From NCBI GenBank assembly GCA_001628485.1, contig LURR01000012.1:146563-210562 (forward strand): a stretch of 64,000 nt of DNA, written 5' to 3'. A program made the translations under genes and the position numbers. This DNA is from Marine group II euryarchaeote REDSEA-S11_B3N4 (GTDB lineage Archaea; Thermoplasmatota; Poseidoniia; Poseidoniales; Thalassarchaeaceae). The notes under the pieces are model-generated. The model saw nothing but the letters and a program-made list of their open reading frames with translations, made no database searches and was not told where the DNA came from. Shown piece after piece: positions 45,608 through 54,428 of the stretch (the stretch's first letter is position 1; every line of letters begins with the position of its first letter).

Positions 45608-45616
45608 AACCTAGCC

Positions 45617-46393
45617 TCAATCATCCGGATACAATTTGAAAACTGGAATTGGGTCCATTTTGTGCGAATTCGATTTATTCAGACTCCGATAGATGTCCAA
45701 CACCTTCCTTTCGCGTTCAGACAAATCTGCTCTCTTCGGGCTGGCAGACTCTTTCATTGCCCACTCAATCTCGTCGTAAGTTGCCCCTATCTGGTCTTCG
45801 TCAGTCCTCCCGTCGTCCCACAGTCCGTCCGTTGGAGAAGCTTCCAGAACCTCTGCGATTACTCCCAGCTCTTCCCCAATCGCGTAAACATCGGATTTGT
45901 ACAAATCAGCAATTGGTGAGATATCTACTCCTCCATCTCCGTATTTAGTGTAGAAGCCGATTCCGAAGTCTTCTACCTTGTTTCCAGTCCCTACTACCAT
46001 CCCATTATTGGAACCCGCAACAGCAAACAGAGCGGTCATTCGCAGCCTTGCTCTAGAGTTAGCCAGGGATAATTCGGTCACTTTCTGGCTGTCCAAATCA
46101 GAACACAACTCGTCATAAGTATTCGATAGATCTATTTTCGATCTTTCCACATTTTCCCATTTTGACAATAACCACTCAATATGGAGGTTTGAGATTTCAT
46201 ACTGACCCTCATCCTGGTGGATGGGCATATTGACCACTATTGTCCTTATTCCCGTCATTGCAGAGAGTGTTGATGTGACTGCGGAATCTACTCCCCCAGA
46301 AACTCCGACAACTAGGGTTTCCAAACTATTTCTATGGGCGTAGTCGGATATCCAATCTGAAATGTCATTGGCAACTTTACCCCAGTCCACCAT
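45617..46393 (-). CDS. nadE: NH3-dependent NAD+ synthetase
   Basis: GVSGGVDSA, ANSRARLRM, GTGNKVE, TKYGDG and PTDGLW motifs. Confidence 0.96.
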   Translation of the reverse strand: MVDWGKVANDISDWISDYAHRNSLETLVVGVSGGVDSAVTSTLSAMTGIRTIVVNMPIHQDEGQYEISNLHIEWLLSKWENVERSKIDLSNTYDELCSDLDSQKVTELSLANSRARLRMTALFAVAGSNNGMVVGTGNKVEDFGIGFYTKYGDGGVDISPIADLYKSDVYAIGEELGVIAEVLEASPTDGLWDDGRTDEDQIGATYDEIEWAMKESASPKRADLSERERKVLDIYRSLNKSNSHKMDPIPVFKLYPDD

Positions 46394-46402
46394 GCTGAAA
46401 CC

Positions 46403-47044
46403 TCAGTGACAGGCAACTCCGAATTTCTTAAGTCTCCAGTAATTGTAAGGCCAAGGTGTGAGAAAACCCGCGATGAGCATGGGTAAAATCACCCACCATG
46501 TCAACTTAGCACCACCCGTGAGTACGAAATCAGTCACATTCATTGCTGCCTCCATTGATATCATCGAAATAAGAGACATTCCAATTGCTACCCTAAATGC
46601 CTCATACAGAGGCATCTGGCTTAGAAGAATGAAGGTCTCTAGGGCTATTGAAGTCATAATCCCGTTGAACATCGCCAGTGCCATAATCATCATCGCACTC
46701 CACCCAGAATCTGTGAATATGAACTGGAAAGCCGCTATTGTTCCGAAGTCACCGATACTACATCCGATTAGGCACCACTTCGTATTGTTAGCAGACTGCC
46801 ACCAGACAGCAGAATCCCTCCAATGGAAGTCTTCTCCTTGACCATCAACGGTATATCCCACCGATCTCACGGCTGTACTTAGATCATCTCTGGAAACTCC
46901 CAAGTGGCTAATTTCAGCAATCCCGTCCTCGTGACTAACGTCGGCCGAGACCACTCCGGATAACGTCTCTAGAGATTCCTTAACCCTGTTTGAGCAGCCA
47001 TCGCAGGTCATCCCTCCGACATCTAGTCGAATAGTCTCTGCCAT
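46403..47044 (-). CDS. HMA (CopZ-like) domain fused to a DUF4396-like membrane domain
   Basis: GMTCDGC, followed by WCLIGCSIGD, MSLISMISME and GFLTPWPYNYWRL motifs. Confidence 0.85.
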   Translation of the reverse strand: MAETIRLDVGGMTCDGCSNRVKESLETLSGVVSADVSHEDGIAEISHLGVSRDDLSTAVRSVGYTVDGQGEDFHWRDSAVWWQSANNTKWCLIGCSIGDFGTIAAFQFIFTDSGWSAMMIMALAMFNGIMTSIALETFILLSQMPLYEAFRVAIGMSLISMISMEAAMNVTDFVLTGGAKLTWWVILPMLIAGFLTPWPYNYWRLKKFGVACH

Positions 47045-47150
47045 GATATTTACCAGCGCATTGGGCATTTGAAGTCTTGCAATCAACGACCTTTCCTCTC
47101 CGACTAGCTCCCCCTCAAGTTCAAGACGAACTCACAGGTCCGAATGGCCG

Positions 47151-50100
47151 ATGACAGTCCCCTCATCCCCCGGAGAACTCGATCCAGTTTCACTGGAAAG
47201 TTCGCTCATGGAGGTCTGGGAGAAGGAGTCAACATTCTCCCAATCAATAGAATCCAGGAGGGAAAAGGACTCGCCATTCACATTCCTGGAAGGACCACCA
47301 ACCGCCAACGGCAGACCAGGAATTCATCACGTCCTATCCAGGCTATTCAAGGACATGGTATGTAGATGGAAATCTATGGAGGGGCACTTGGTGGAGAGAA
47401 AGGGCGGATGGGATACACACGGGCTTCCTGTAGAGATAGAGGTCCAGAAGCAGCTAGATCTTATGTCGAATGAGGCCATTGAAGAGTTTGGAATGGAGGA
47501 ATTCAACAAGAAATGCAAGGAGAGCGTTTGGACCTACGAAGAGGCATGGAGGGAGATGACCGAGAGGATGGGATTCTGGGTAGACATGGAGGACCCATAC
47601 GTCACTCTGCACGATGAATACATAGAATCGGCATGGTGGTCGCTTAAGCAGATGTTCGAGAAGGGACTATTGTTCCGTGGACACAAGGTGCTTCCTTATT
47701 GCCCTCAGACTGGAACGAGTTACTCCACTCACGAGGTCTCACAGGGATACAAGGAAGTCACGGAACCCGCAGTGTTCGTTAAGTTCAGACTAGAAGATGA
47801 CGATGCTTCAGTTCTCGCATGGACTACAACTCCGTGGACTCTTCCTGGGAACGTCGGATTGGCCGTTGGACCAGATGTGACATACTGCAGAGTGAGAATA
47901 ACTGAGCCGGCTTCCGAGTCATGGGAAGGACGTGGAGGGGGCGAAGTTGGCGAAGAACTGATATTGGCCAAGGACCTTATTGGGAACGTAATGAGAAATC
48001 ATGCCGACGTGATAGAGGAATTCCCGGGATCGGCTCTTGTCGGAAAGTCATATTCGCCCCTATTCCCGGGTGCAATTGACAAGGGGTCATCCGAGTCAGC
48101 CTGGACCATAGTGTCTGCGGACTTCGTCACCACCACCGATGGAACAGGGGTGGTACATACTGCTGTCATGTACGGGGAGGATGACTACAGGCTAGGGATG
48201 GAGGTCGGATTCCCGGCACAGCACACAGTCGGTATGGACGGGTCTTTCGTTTCCGGAGTTCATGAGAATCTAGACGGACGATACGTGAAGGACTGCGATG
48301 ACGAGATTATCAGCCTACTGGATGACCGGGGACTTTTGTACAGGGAGCATGATTACACTCATGACTATCCCCATTGCTGGAGGACAGACCACCCTCTTCT
48401 ATACTATGCAATGGACAGTTGGTTCGTCAGGATGACGGCTGTCAGGGACCAGATTCTTTCTCACAACTCTAGCGTCGAATGGGCCCCTGAGTGGACCGGG
48501 ACAAAGAGGATGGGCGAGTGGCTGTCCAACATCAAGGACTGGGCCATCAGCAGGGAGAGGTACTGGGGGACTCCAATTCCAGTATGGATCTGCCCCGATT
48601 GCGGGGCCGAGCACTGCGTCGGAAGCATCGAGGAGATGAATGCTATGAGTACCGAAGACTCCCCTACTCCACCGGAACTACACAGGCCATATGTCGATGA
48701 TGTGAAATTGGTGTGTACGAACAAAGAATGCTCGGGCGAGATGGTCAGGGAGCCCTATGTCATGGATTGCTGGTTTGATTCTGGATGTGCTTCGTTCGCA
48801 CAGTGGCACTATCCATTCGAGAACGAAGAATTGTTCGAAGGATCGTTCCCAGTAGACTACATCTGCGAGGCTGTAGATCAGACTAGAGGCTGGTTCTACT
48901 CGTTACTTGCGGTTGCAACCACGGTGTTCGATGAGCCTTGCTTCCGTAGATGCCTATCCTTGGGCCATATACTGGACAAGGACGGGAAGAAGATGAGCAA
49001 ATCAAGAGGAAACGTTGTGAACCCCTGGGACCACTTCAACAAGGAGGGAGCCGACTCCATCAGGTGGTACATGACCACACAAAGCGCACCGTGGTCCCCT
49101 ACCAATTTTGACCCCAATGGAGTTCGGGAGTCCTACGCAAAGATGTTCCTCACCCTCTGGAACGTCTACAGGTTCCATGCCGATTATGCTGCCCTGGATG
49201 GTTTCGATCCAGATGAAGAATCAGGCTTCGTTCCAGTTGGTGAAAGGAGTCCATTGGATCGTTGGATACTCTCCAAGGTCACCGAGATGGCCGATGGCTA
49301 TCACACGAACTTCGTCTCATGGGACTTCCATAAGGCAGGAAGGGGGTTGGAGGACTTCGTTGTCAACGATCTCTCAAATTGGTACGTCCGTAGATCGAGA
49401 AGGAGGCTATGGGATGAGGCAGATAGCAACGACAAGAGAGCGTGCCAGCACACCTTGCATGAGGTTCTGCTGGTGGTTTGCAGACTCATGGCACCGGTAT
49501 CCCCCTTCACACCAGATCACATCCACAGGAGCCTGACCGGCTCATCGGTCCATCTTGCTGACTGGCCGGTCGGCTCGGAGATAGTCGACAGATCACTGCC
49601 CGAAAGGGACTTCGGGCTTGAGCAGGAGATGTCTCTGGTGAGGTCCCTAGCAGAGGCAGGTAGACGGATCAGAGTGGATTCGAACAGGAGGCAGAGGCTT
49701 CCTTGCAGGACAGGATGGATAGTCGGGGGCCCAGATATTTCGCGCTTCGGCGAGATACTAGCAGAGGAACTCAATGTAGAGGTACTTTCCACAGAGAAGG
49801 ACCTCGATGCCTTCCAGAGAATAGTCCTTGAGCCGAATAGGAAGGTACTCGGTGCCAAGTGCCGTTCTGATCTCCCAGACGTTCTGGCTCAGCTAGAGAT
49901 GGCCGACCCCGAAGAACTGCTGCTCGAAATAGAGGCGGGAATAGCCGCACTGGCAGGATACGAGATCACTATGTCCGATATTGATATCAGGAGGGTCGAA
50001 AGGGACGGTTTCGCCGCGCAGACTCTATCCTTTGAGGAGGGCGACGTATCCATTGTCCTGGATATGCACACCGACTCAGACCTCCTATCGAAGGGATTGG

Positions 50101-50333
50101 CTAGGGACATTACAAGAAGGATCCAAGCCAAAAGAAAGGAGCTTGACTTGCAGGTAGAGTCTTCGATAGTACTGTCGGTTTGGATTGAAGGAATGGAATT
50201 AGAGGATAGGGATTGGCAGTATATTACATCGGAGACTAGAGCCGGAGAGTCCTCATTGAACGAAGGTGGACCCTCAGAAGAATCCGACAAATTCGAGGTC
50301 GATGGGACTATTGTTCACTTCCAAATTCGTTGA
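47151..50333 (+). CDS. ileS: Isoleucine--tRNA ligase (type 2)
   Basis: EGPPTANG, GWDTHGLPVE, WTTTPWTLP, DWAISRERYWG, DQTRGWFY and KMSKS motifs. Confidence 0.97.
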   Translation: MTVPSSPGELDPVSLESSLMEVWEKESTFSQSIESRREKDSPFTFLEGPPTANGRPGIHHVLSRLFKDMVCRWKSMEGHLVERKGGWDTHGLPVEIEVQKQLDLMSNEAIEEFGMEEFNKKCKESVWTYEEAWREMTERMGFWVDMEDPYVTLHDEYIESAWWSLKQMFEKGLLFRGHKVLPYCPQTGTSYSTHEVSQGYKEVTEPAVFVKFRLEDDDASVLAWTTTPWTLPGNVGLAVGPDVTYCRVRITEPASESWEGRGGGEVGEELILAKDLIGNVMRNHADVIEEFPGSALVGKSYSPLFPGAIDKGSSESAWTIVSADFVTTTDGTGVVHTAVMYGEDDYRLGMEVGFPAQHTVGMDGSFVSGVHENLDGRYVKDCDDEIISLLDDRGLLYREHDYTHDYPHCWRTDHPLLYYAMDSWFVRMTAVRDQILSHNSSVEWAPEWTGTKRMGEWLSNIKDWAISRERYWGTPIPVWICPDCGAEHCVGSIEEMNAMSTEDSPTPPELHRPYVDDVKLVCTNKECSGEMVREPYVMDCWFDSGCASFAQWHYPFENEELFEGSFPVDYICEAVDQTRGWFYSLLAVATTVFDEPCFRRCLSLGHILDKDGKKMSKSRGNVVNPWDHFNKEGADSIRWYMTTQSAPWSPTNFDPNGVRESYAKMFLTLWNVYRFHADYAALDGFDPDEESGFVPVGERSPLDRWILSKVTEMADGYHTNFVSWDFHKAGRGLEDFVVNDLSNWYVRRSRRRLWDEADSNDKRACQHTLHEVLLVVCRLMAPVSPFTPDHIHRSLTGSSVHLADWPVGSEIVDRSLPERDFGLEQEMSLVRSLAEAGRRIRVDSNRRQRLPCRTGWIVGGPDISRFGEILAEELNVEVLSTEKDLDAFQRIVLEPNRKVLGAKCRSDLPDVLAQLEMADPEELLLEIEAGIAALAGYEITMSDIDIRRVERDGFAAQTLSFEEGDVSIVLDMHTDSDLLSKGLARDITRRIQAKRKELDLQVESSIVLSVWIEGMELEDRDWQYITSETRAGESSLNEGGPSEESDKFEVDGTIVHFQIR

Positions 50334-50341
50334 AATTTTGA

Positions 50342-51760
50342 CTATAGGTATCGCTCGGGAATCAACATCTCAACCCCGAAGAGTGGGTCGGGATCGGTCG
50401 AGTCATGATATGCAATGAACGATCCTCCATCCGGGAGTATCCCCATACTGGCGAAGTCGAATCTAATGTCATTCCCCGCTCCAGAAGTTGAGTCAAGATC
50501 CCCCTGTCCGAGATAGGTAAGGACGTCAGGCTCCAGGCTCTGGGAGAACTCACGCACGTGATAGGCAACGTCAACGTCCGGCCCATCTGCGCTCTGGAAC
50601 CTAACGTTAAGCACGAATAGATCATGCGCCCCGCTAGAGTGGAATTCCCACTCCTCGATTTCAGTGGCTCTCTCTGAGAGGTTGTAAGTCTTGTTTTCCC
50701 ACGTCTCCCCGCCATCCCATGAGAGCATATGCACGAGAGAGGCTTGTCCCGAGCTTACGCAGTGCAGGGCAGTGGACGAGTCAAATGCGCAATACTGTGA
50801 CGGCAACGAGGAACCATTCAGCGTCACTCCCGTCCACCAATTGAGTGAAGTGTCCAAAAACGCGTCACTCCCATCTATGAAGTAGCTTGGAAAGTACAGG
50901 CCACCAGAGGGAACTGGAAAAGCCCTCATCTCTTTGTGAGGCTTAGTGAAGTCCCACTCTGGCCCTAGGCTTTCGGGACTCAGATCCACCTCCATAACGT
51001 CCAGGCTCTCATCTCTATCCGGGAAACCGAAATAATCGTAATTCAGACCGTCAGTTGATATCTGCCCTCCAACATTCTGGACTTGGTGCCAGAAATTGGA
51101 AATAACTAGGCTGGCCCAAGGCCCGTTGCCATATAGTCCGCCGTTTATCGGTCCCACTACCTCGACCTGCCAAGATCTATCATAGAATGGCTCTGGAGTC
51201 CTATTGAAGCACCAACTCCACTCCTGGTCCTCAGCGTCATAGAAGAAAGCGTAGAATTGGTCAGCCCCGCTTGTACTTGGGTAAGGGAACCATCCCATCG
51301 AGATAAGATCGCCATTAGTTGCCTGAACTATGCTTCCCTCCCCTAGTCCTTCCTGTCCGGGGACAGTAGGCTTTGGCTCAAGACATCCCAATTGGGAGAA
51401 AATAGTAGGCCTGTACTCCTGCCAAGTCAGACCTCTGTCCTCCGACCATGTCGGATATTCCCCGCCAAAGTTTAGGATCCACCCCTCCTTGGTCGCTGCT
51501 AGGTAATGCTCGCAGCAGTTTCCCCCATGCTCGTTCCCGAAAACCGTCCATGTGGCGTTCCCCCAAGTCTCATTTTCTACTGGATCTGCTACTACGAACA
51601 TACGCGGATCCTCGTGCCCGCTTGGGTCAATTAGCACATAGTCGCGATTCCAGTCAAACTCCTGTTCGCTCGAGGTTACCTCTTCCAGACAGCCCGGTAG
51701 GAGCATCATCAGAGCTAAAGCAAGAGATGCTATGATTCGACCCGACCTCATTGAGTACAC
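50342..51760 (-). CDS. Lipoprotein with Asp-box (BNR) repeats, probable beta-propeller
   Basis: Lipobox LPGC; Asp-boxes SEDRGLTW and SWDGGETW. Confidence 0.7.
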   Translation of the reverse strand: MYSMRSGRIIASLALALMMLLPGCLEEVTSSEQEFDWNRDYVLIDPSGHEDPRMFVVADPVENETWGNATWTVFGNEHGGNCCEHYLAATKEGWILNFGGEYPTWSEDRGLTWQEYRPTIFSQLGCLEPKPTVPGQEGLGEGSIVQATNGDLISMGWFPYPSTSGADQFYAFFYDAEDQEWSWCFNRTPEPFYDRSWQVEVVGPINGGLYGNGPWASLVISNFWHQVQNVGGQISTDGLNYDYFGFPDRDESLDVMEVDLSPESLGPEWDFTKPHKEMRAFPVPSGGLYFPSYFIDGSDAFLDTSLNWWTGVTLNGSSLPSQYCAFDSSTALHCVSSGQASLVHMLSWDGGETWENKTYNLSERATEIEEWEFHSSGAHDLFVLNVRFQSADGPDVDVAYHVREFSQSLEPDVLTYLGQGDLDSTSGAGNDIRFDFASMGILPDGGSFIAYHDSTDPDPLFGVEMLIPERYL

Positions 51761-51808
51761 GTACTTCCGTGATGACGGTATTATATCGCACTTTCATTGA
51801 ATTGATGA

Positions 51809-53242
51809 CTATTCAATTCTCCAACTAGCCCCGTTGGGGCCATCCTCGACTATTACTCCCATTCCCGTTAGCTCATCGCGAATTTCATCTGCTCTCGCCC
51901 AGTCCTTAGATTCCCTCGCTTCATCCCTCTCCAAAAGAAGACTCTCTACATGCTGGGAAATCTCATCCTTCGCAATCTCCTGACTCTGTATTTTGCCCAG
52001 AAGCTCAGAATCCTCGGGAAGAAGTCCTAGAACATCTCCAGCGTATTCAGAAATCCATCTCACGGCCCCAGCAATCTCTTCAGACTCTCCTCCGGAGTCC
52101 AGCAGGACCCTCATTCTCTTGGCCACTGACTGCACTTCCACAAGAGCGACTCTCGTATTGAAGTCGTCATCCATCCCCGACTCAAATCTACTAGTAGCTT
52201 CTTCCAACCAAGATAATCCCCGCCAGTCCGTGCTTCCTTTCTTTGCAAGACCCTCTCCGTAGCATGTTACAAGCCTGCGGTGATGAACCTCCGAGTCGTC
52301 AATCATCACCTGATTGAAGTCTACTGGCTGGCGATAGGGAGCGTTTATCAGAGTGTATCTCAATACAAGGGGGTCAACATTCTCCAACGCCTCGGATATT
52401 GTCCAGAAGTTACCCAATGACTTGCTCATTTTCTCCCCATCTACGTTCACCATGCCGTTATGGATCCAGTACTGCACCACTGGATCGTGACCCAGACAGC
52501 ATTCTGACTGGAAAATCTCGGCCTCATGGTGTGGGAAAATTAGATCGGAACCACCTCCATGGATGTCGAACCTTTCTCCAAGATGCTTGAGTGACATCGC
52601 AGAGCACTCGATATGCCAACCCGGCCTCCCGTCTCCCCAGGGGCTCTCCCACGAAGGCTCTCCAGGCTTCGCCATCTTCCATAGAGCGAAGTCCCTATGG
52701 TCCCTCTTTCCAGAACCGGTTTTGTCGACCCTCCCACCAGCTCCGGATCTGACCATTTCCAGGGTTTGGCCGGTGAGCTGTCCATACTTCTCTGGGGAAG
52801 TATCAATTTCGAAGTATACCCCATCCTCGGCTAGGTACGCATTGCCCTTCTCAATAAGCGACTCAACCATCTCGATTATTTCTGGAATGGTTTCGGTTAC
52901 TCTTGGGTATGCATCCGCTCTAATTACGTTAAGCGCATCCATGGATCTGAAGTAGTCCTCGATGTATCTATTGGAAATTTCTAGGAAGTCAACACCTTCT
53001 TCATTGGCAGCCGAGATAATCTTGTCATCAACATCCGTGAAATTCGTGATATAATTGACTGCAAAACCCCTCTTGCGTAGCCATCTTACTATGATATCGA
53101 ATGAAATAGCCTGTCTAGCATGACCAATGTGACTAGGCGAGTAAGGGGTAATCCCACAGGCATACAGGCCCACCTTCCCTTCTTCAAGGGTCACCAATTC
53201 CCTCTTTTTCCGAGATCGAGTGTCGAATAATCTGACTGCCAC
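51809..53242 (-). CDS. cysS: Cysteine--tRNA ligase
   Basis: CGITPY, HIGH, DFALWK, GRPGWHIEC, DIHGGG, FPHHE and KMSKSLGN motifs. Confidence 0.97.
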   Translation of the reverse strand: MAVRLFDTRSRKKRELVTLEEGKVGLYACGITPYSPSHIGHARQAISFDIIVRWLRKRGFAVNYITNFTDVDDKIISAANEEGVDFLEISNRYIEDYFRSMDALNVIRADAYPRVTETIPEIIEMVESLIEKGNAYLAEDGVYFEIDTSPEKYGQLTGQTLEMVRSGAGGRVDKTGSGKRDHRDFALWKMAKPGEPSWESPWGDGRPGWHIECSAMSLKHLGERFDIHGGGSDLIFPHHEAEIFQSECCLGHDPVVQYWIHNGMVNVDGEKMSKSLGNFWTISEALENVDPLVLRYTLINAPYRQPVDFNQVMIDDSEVHHRRLVTCYGEGLAKKGSTDWRGLSWLEEATSRFESGMDDDFNTRVALVEVQSVAKRMRVLLDSGGESEEIAGAVRWISEYAGDVLGLLPEDSELLGKIQSQEIAKDEISQHVESLLLERDEARESKDWARADEIRDELTGMGVIVEDGPNGASWRIE

Positions 53243-53268
53243 TAGCTAATGGCATGGCACTTCAGACA

Positions 53269-53958
53269 TCAACCCCTCGCTGCTTCAATAAGTGCAGAGA
53301 ATAGTACGTCATGTCCTTTCCTTTCTGGGTGCCATTGAACTCCAATGCAGAATTGCTTGTCCCTTCGCTCTACTCCCTCTATTAGGCCATCATGCTCCGC
53401 TCTCGCCGAAATCTCCAGGGTTCCAGAATCTGACACTCCCTGATGATGTAGAGAGTTGACTGTGAACGACTCCCCCATGATGCTCGCCAACAATGAATCC
53501 CTTTCCACTACTACTCCGTGCTCAGTCGACTTCCCAAAGAAACCACCGTGCCCTTCGTGTCCAGATGTCGTGTCCAGATGTTGATGCATTTTCCCGCCAT
53601 GTGCAACACTTAGTATCTGCATTCCCCTGCAAATGCCTAGGAAGGGCATGTCCATCTCTAGAGCCCCCTCGATTAGCCCCATCTCCGAAAAGTCCTGCTC
53701 AGGGTAGAATTCCGTGGTCATTGGCCCCGGCTCCTCTTTGTAAGTAGCCGGTGAGATATCTGGTCCTCCTGAGACGATCAACCCATCTATCGAATCCAGC
53801 AGACTGGTCATGTCTCCCGCAGGGGGGATGATCATAGGTACCCCTCCGGCCTTTTCAACCATTGAAACATACCCTGAAGGCAAGATTGCAGCATGCCTGA
53901 CAAAATCGCTGTACTGAGCCTCCCTCATGCAGCAGGTGATTCCAATGATTGGCTTCAT
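53269..53958 (-). CDS. Peptidase C26 / gamma-glutamyl-gamma-aminobutyrate hydrolase family
   Basis: KPIIGIT, SGGPD, GICRGMQ, NSLHHQ and QWHPE motifs; ATGA overlap with the upstream gene. Confidence 0.9.
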   Translation of the reverse strand: MKPIIGITCCMREAQYSDFVRHAAILPSGYVSMVEKAGGVPMIIPPAGDMTSLLDSIDGLIVSGGPDISPATYKEEPGPMTTEFYPEQDFSEMGLIEGALEMDMPFLGICRGMQILSVAHGGKMHQHLDTTSGHEGHGGFFGKSTEHGVVVERDSLLASIMGESFTVNSLHHQGVSDSGTLEISARAEHDGLIEGVERRDKQFCIGVQWHPERKGHDVLFSALIEAARG

Positions 53959-54359
53959 TCTATCACCGAGGACTCCCTTTCTAGTCTGGCACTTCTGAAT
54001 GACATAATTCCCACGACCATGAAAGAGACTCCTACCAGAAGGAGGAGTAGATGGGAGACAATTCCAAGCCAAGACATCTCATCAAAAGTTGTGGCTATTC
54101 TAGACCCCCCCAATGCCATCAACAGCCCAAAAACCATGGATGCGTGCATGTAGTGATGCCTGTTGGCAGGATTTCTCACCGAAAGGAAACCAAGAGCGAG
54201 CATCGGCAGTCCAAAGAAGGCCGGAATCATCGCTGTGATAGATGGAGGGTCAGCACTCTGGATGGAATAAGCAATCACCCCCCATACGGATAGAATTGCA
54301 CCATCCATAATCGCAATCTGGGGAACGGTCATCCCGAACATCTTGAACTCTGAACTCAT
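53955..54359 (-). CDS. Small 4-TM membrane protein (TMEM14-like)
   Basis: SITAMIPAFFG and HHYMH motifs, four hydrophobic helices. Confidence 0.7.
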   Translation of the reverse strand: MSSEFKMFGMTVPQIAIMDGAILSVWGVIAYSIQSADPPSITAMIPAFFGLPMLALGFLSVRNPANRHHYMHASMVFGLLMALGGSRIATTFDEMSWLGIVSHLLLLLVGVSFMVVGIMSFRSARLERESSVIE

Positions 54360-54428
54360 AGTTGCCGGCGAGTGTTAGGATTAATGATTGTCTCGACTAG
54401 AGAACCTGAATTCGAATAGAGAGTTCAG

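Noticed and set aside
45414-45620. 68-aa minus-strand ORF in the track
   Set aside because: It overlaps the convergent gene; the alternative frame 45452-45607 gives a better non-overlapping membrane peptide.
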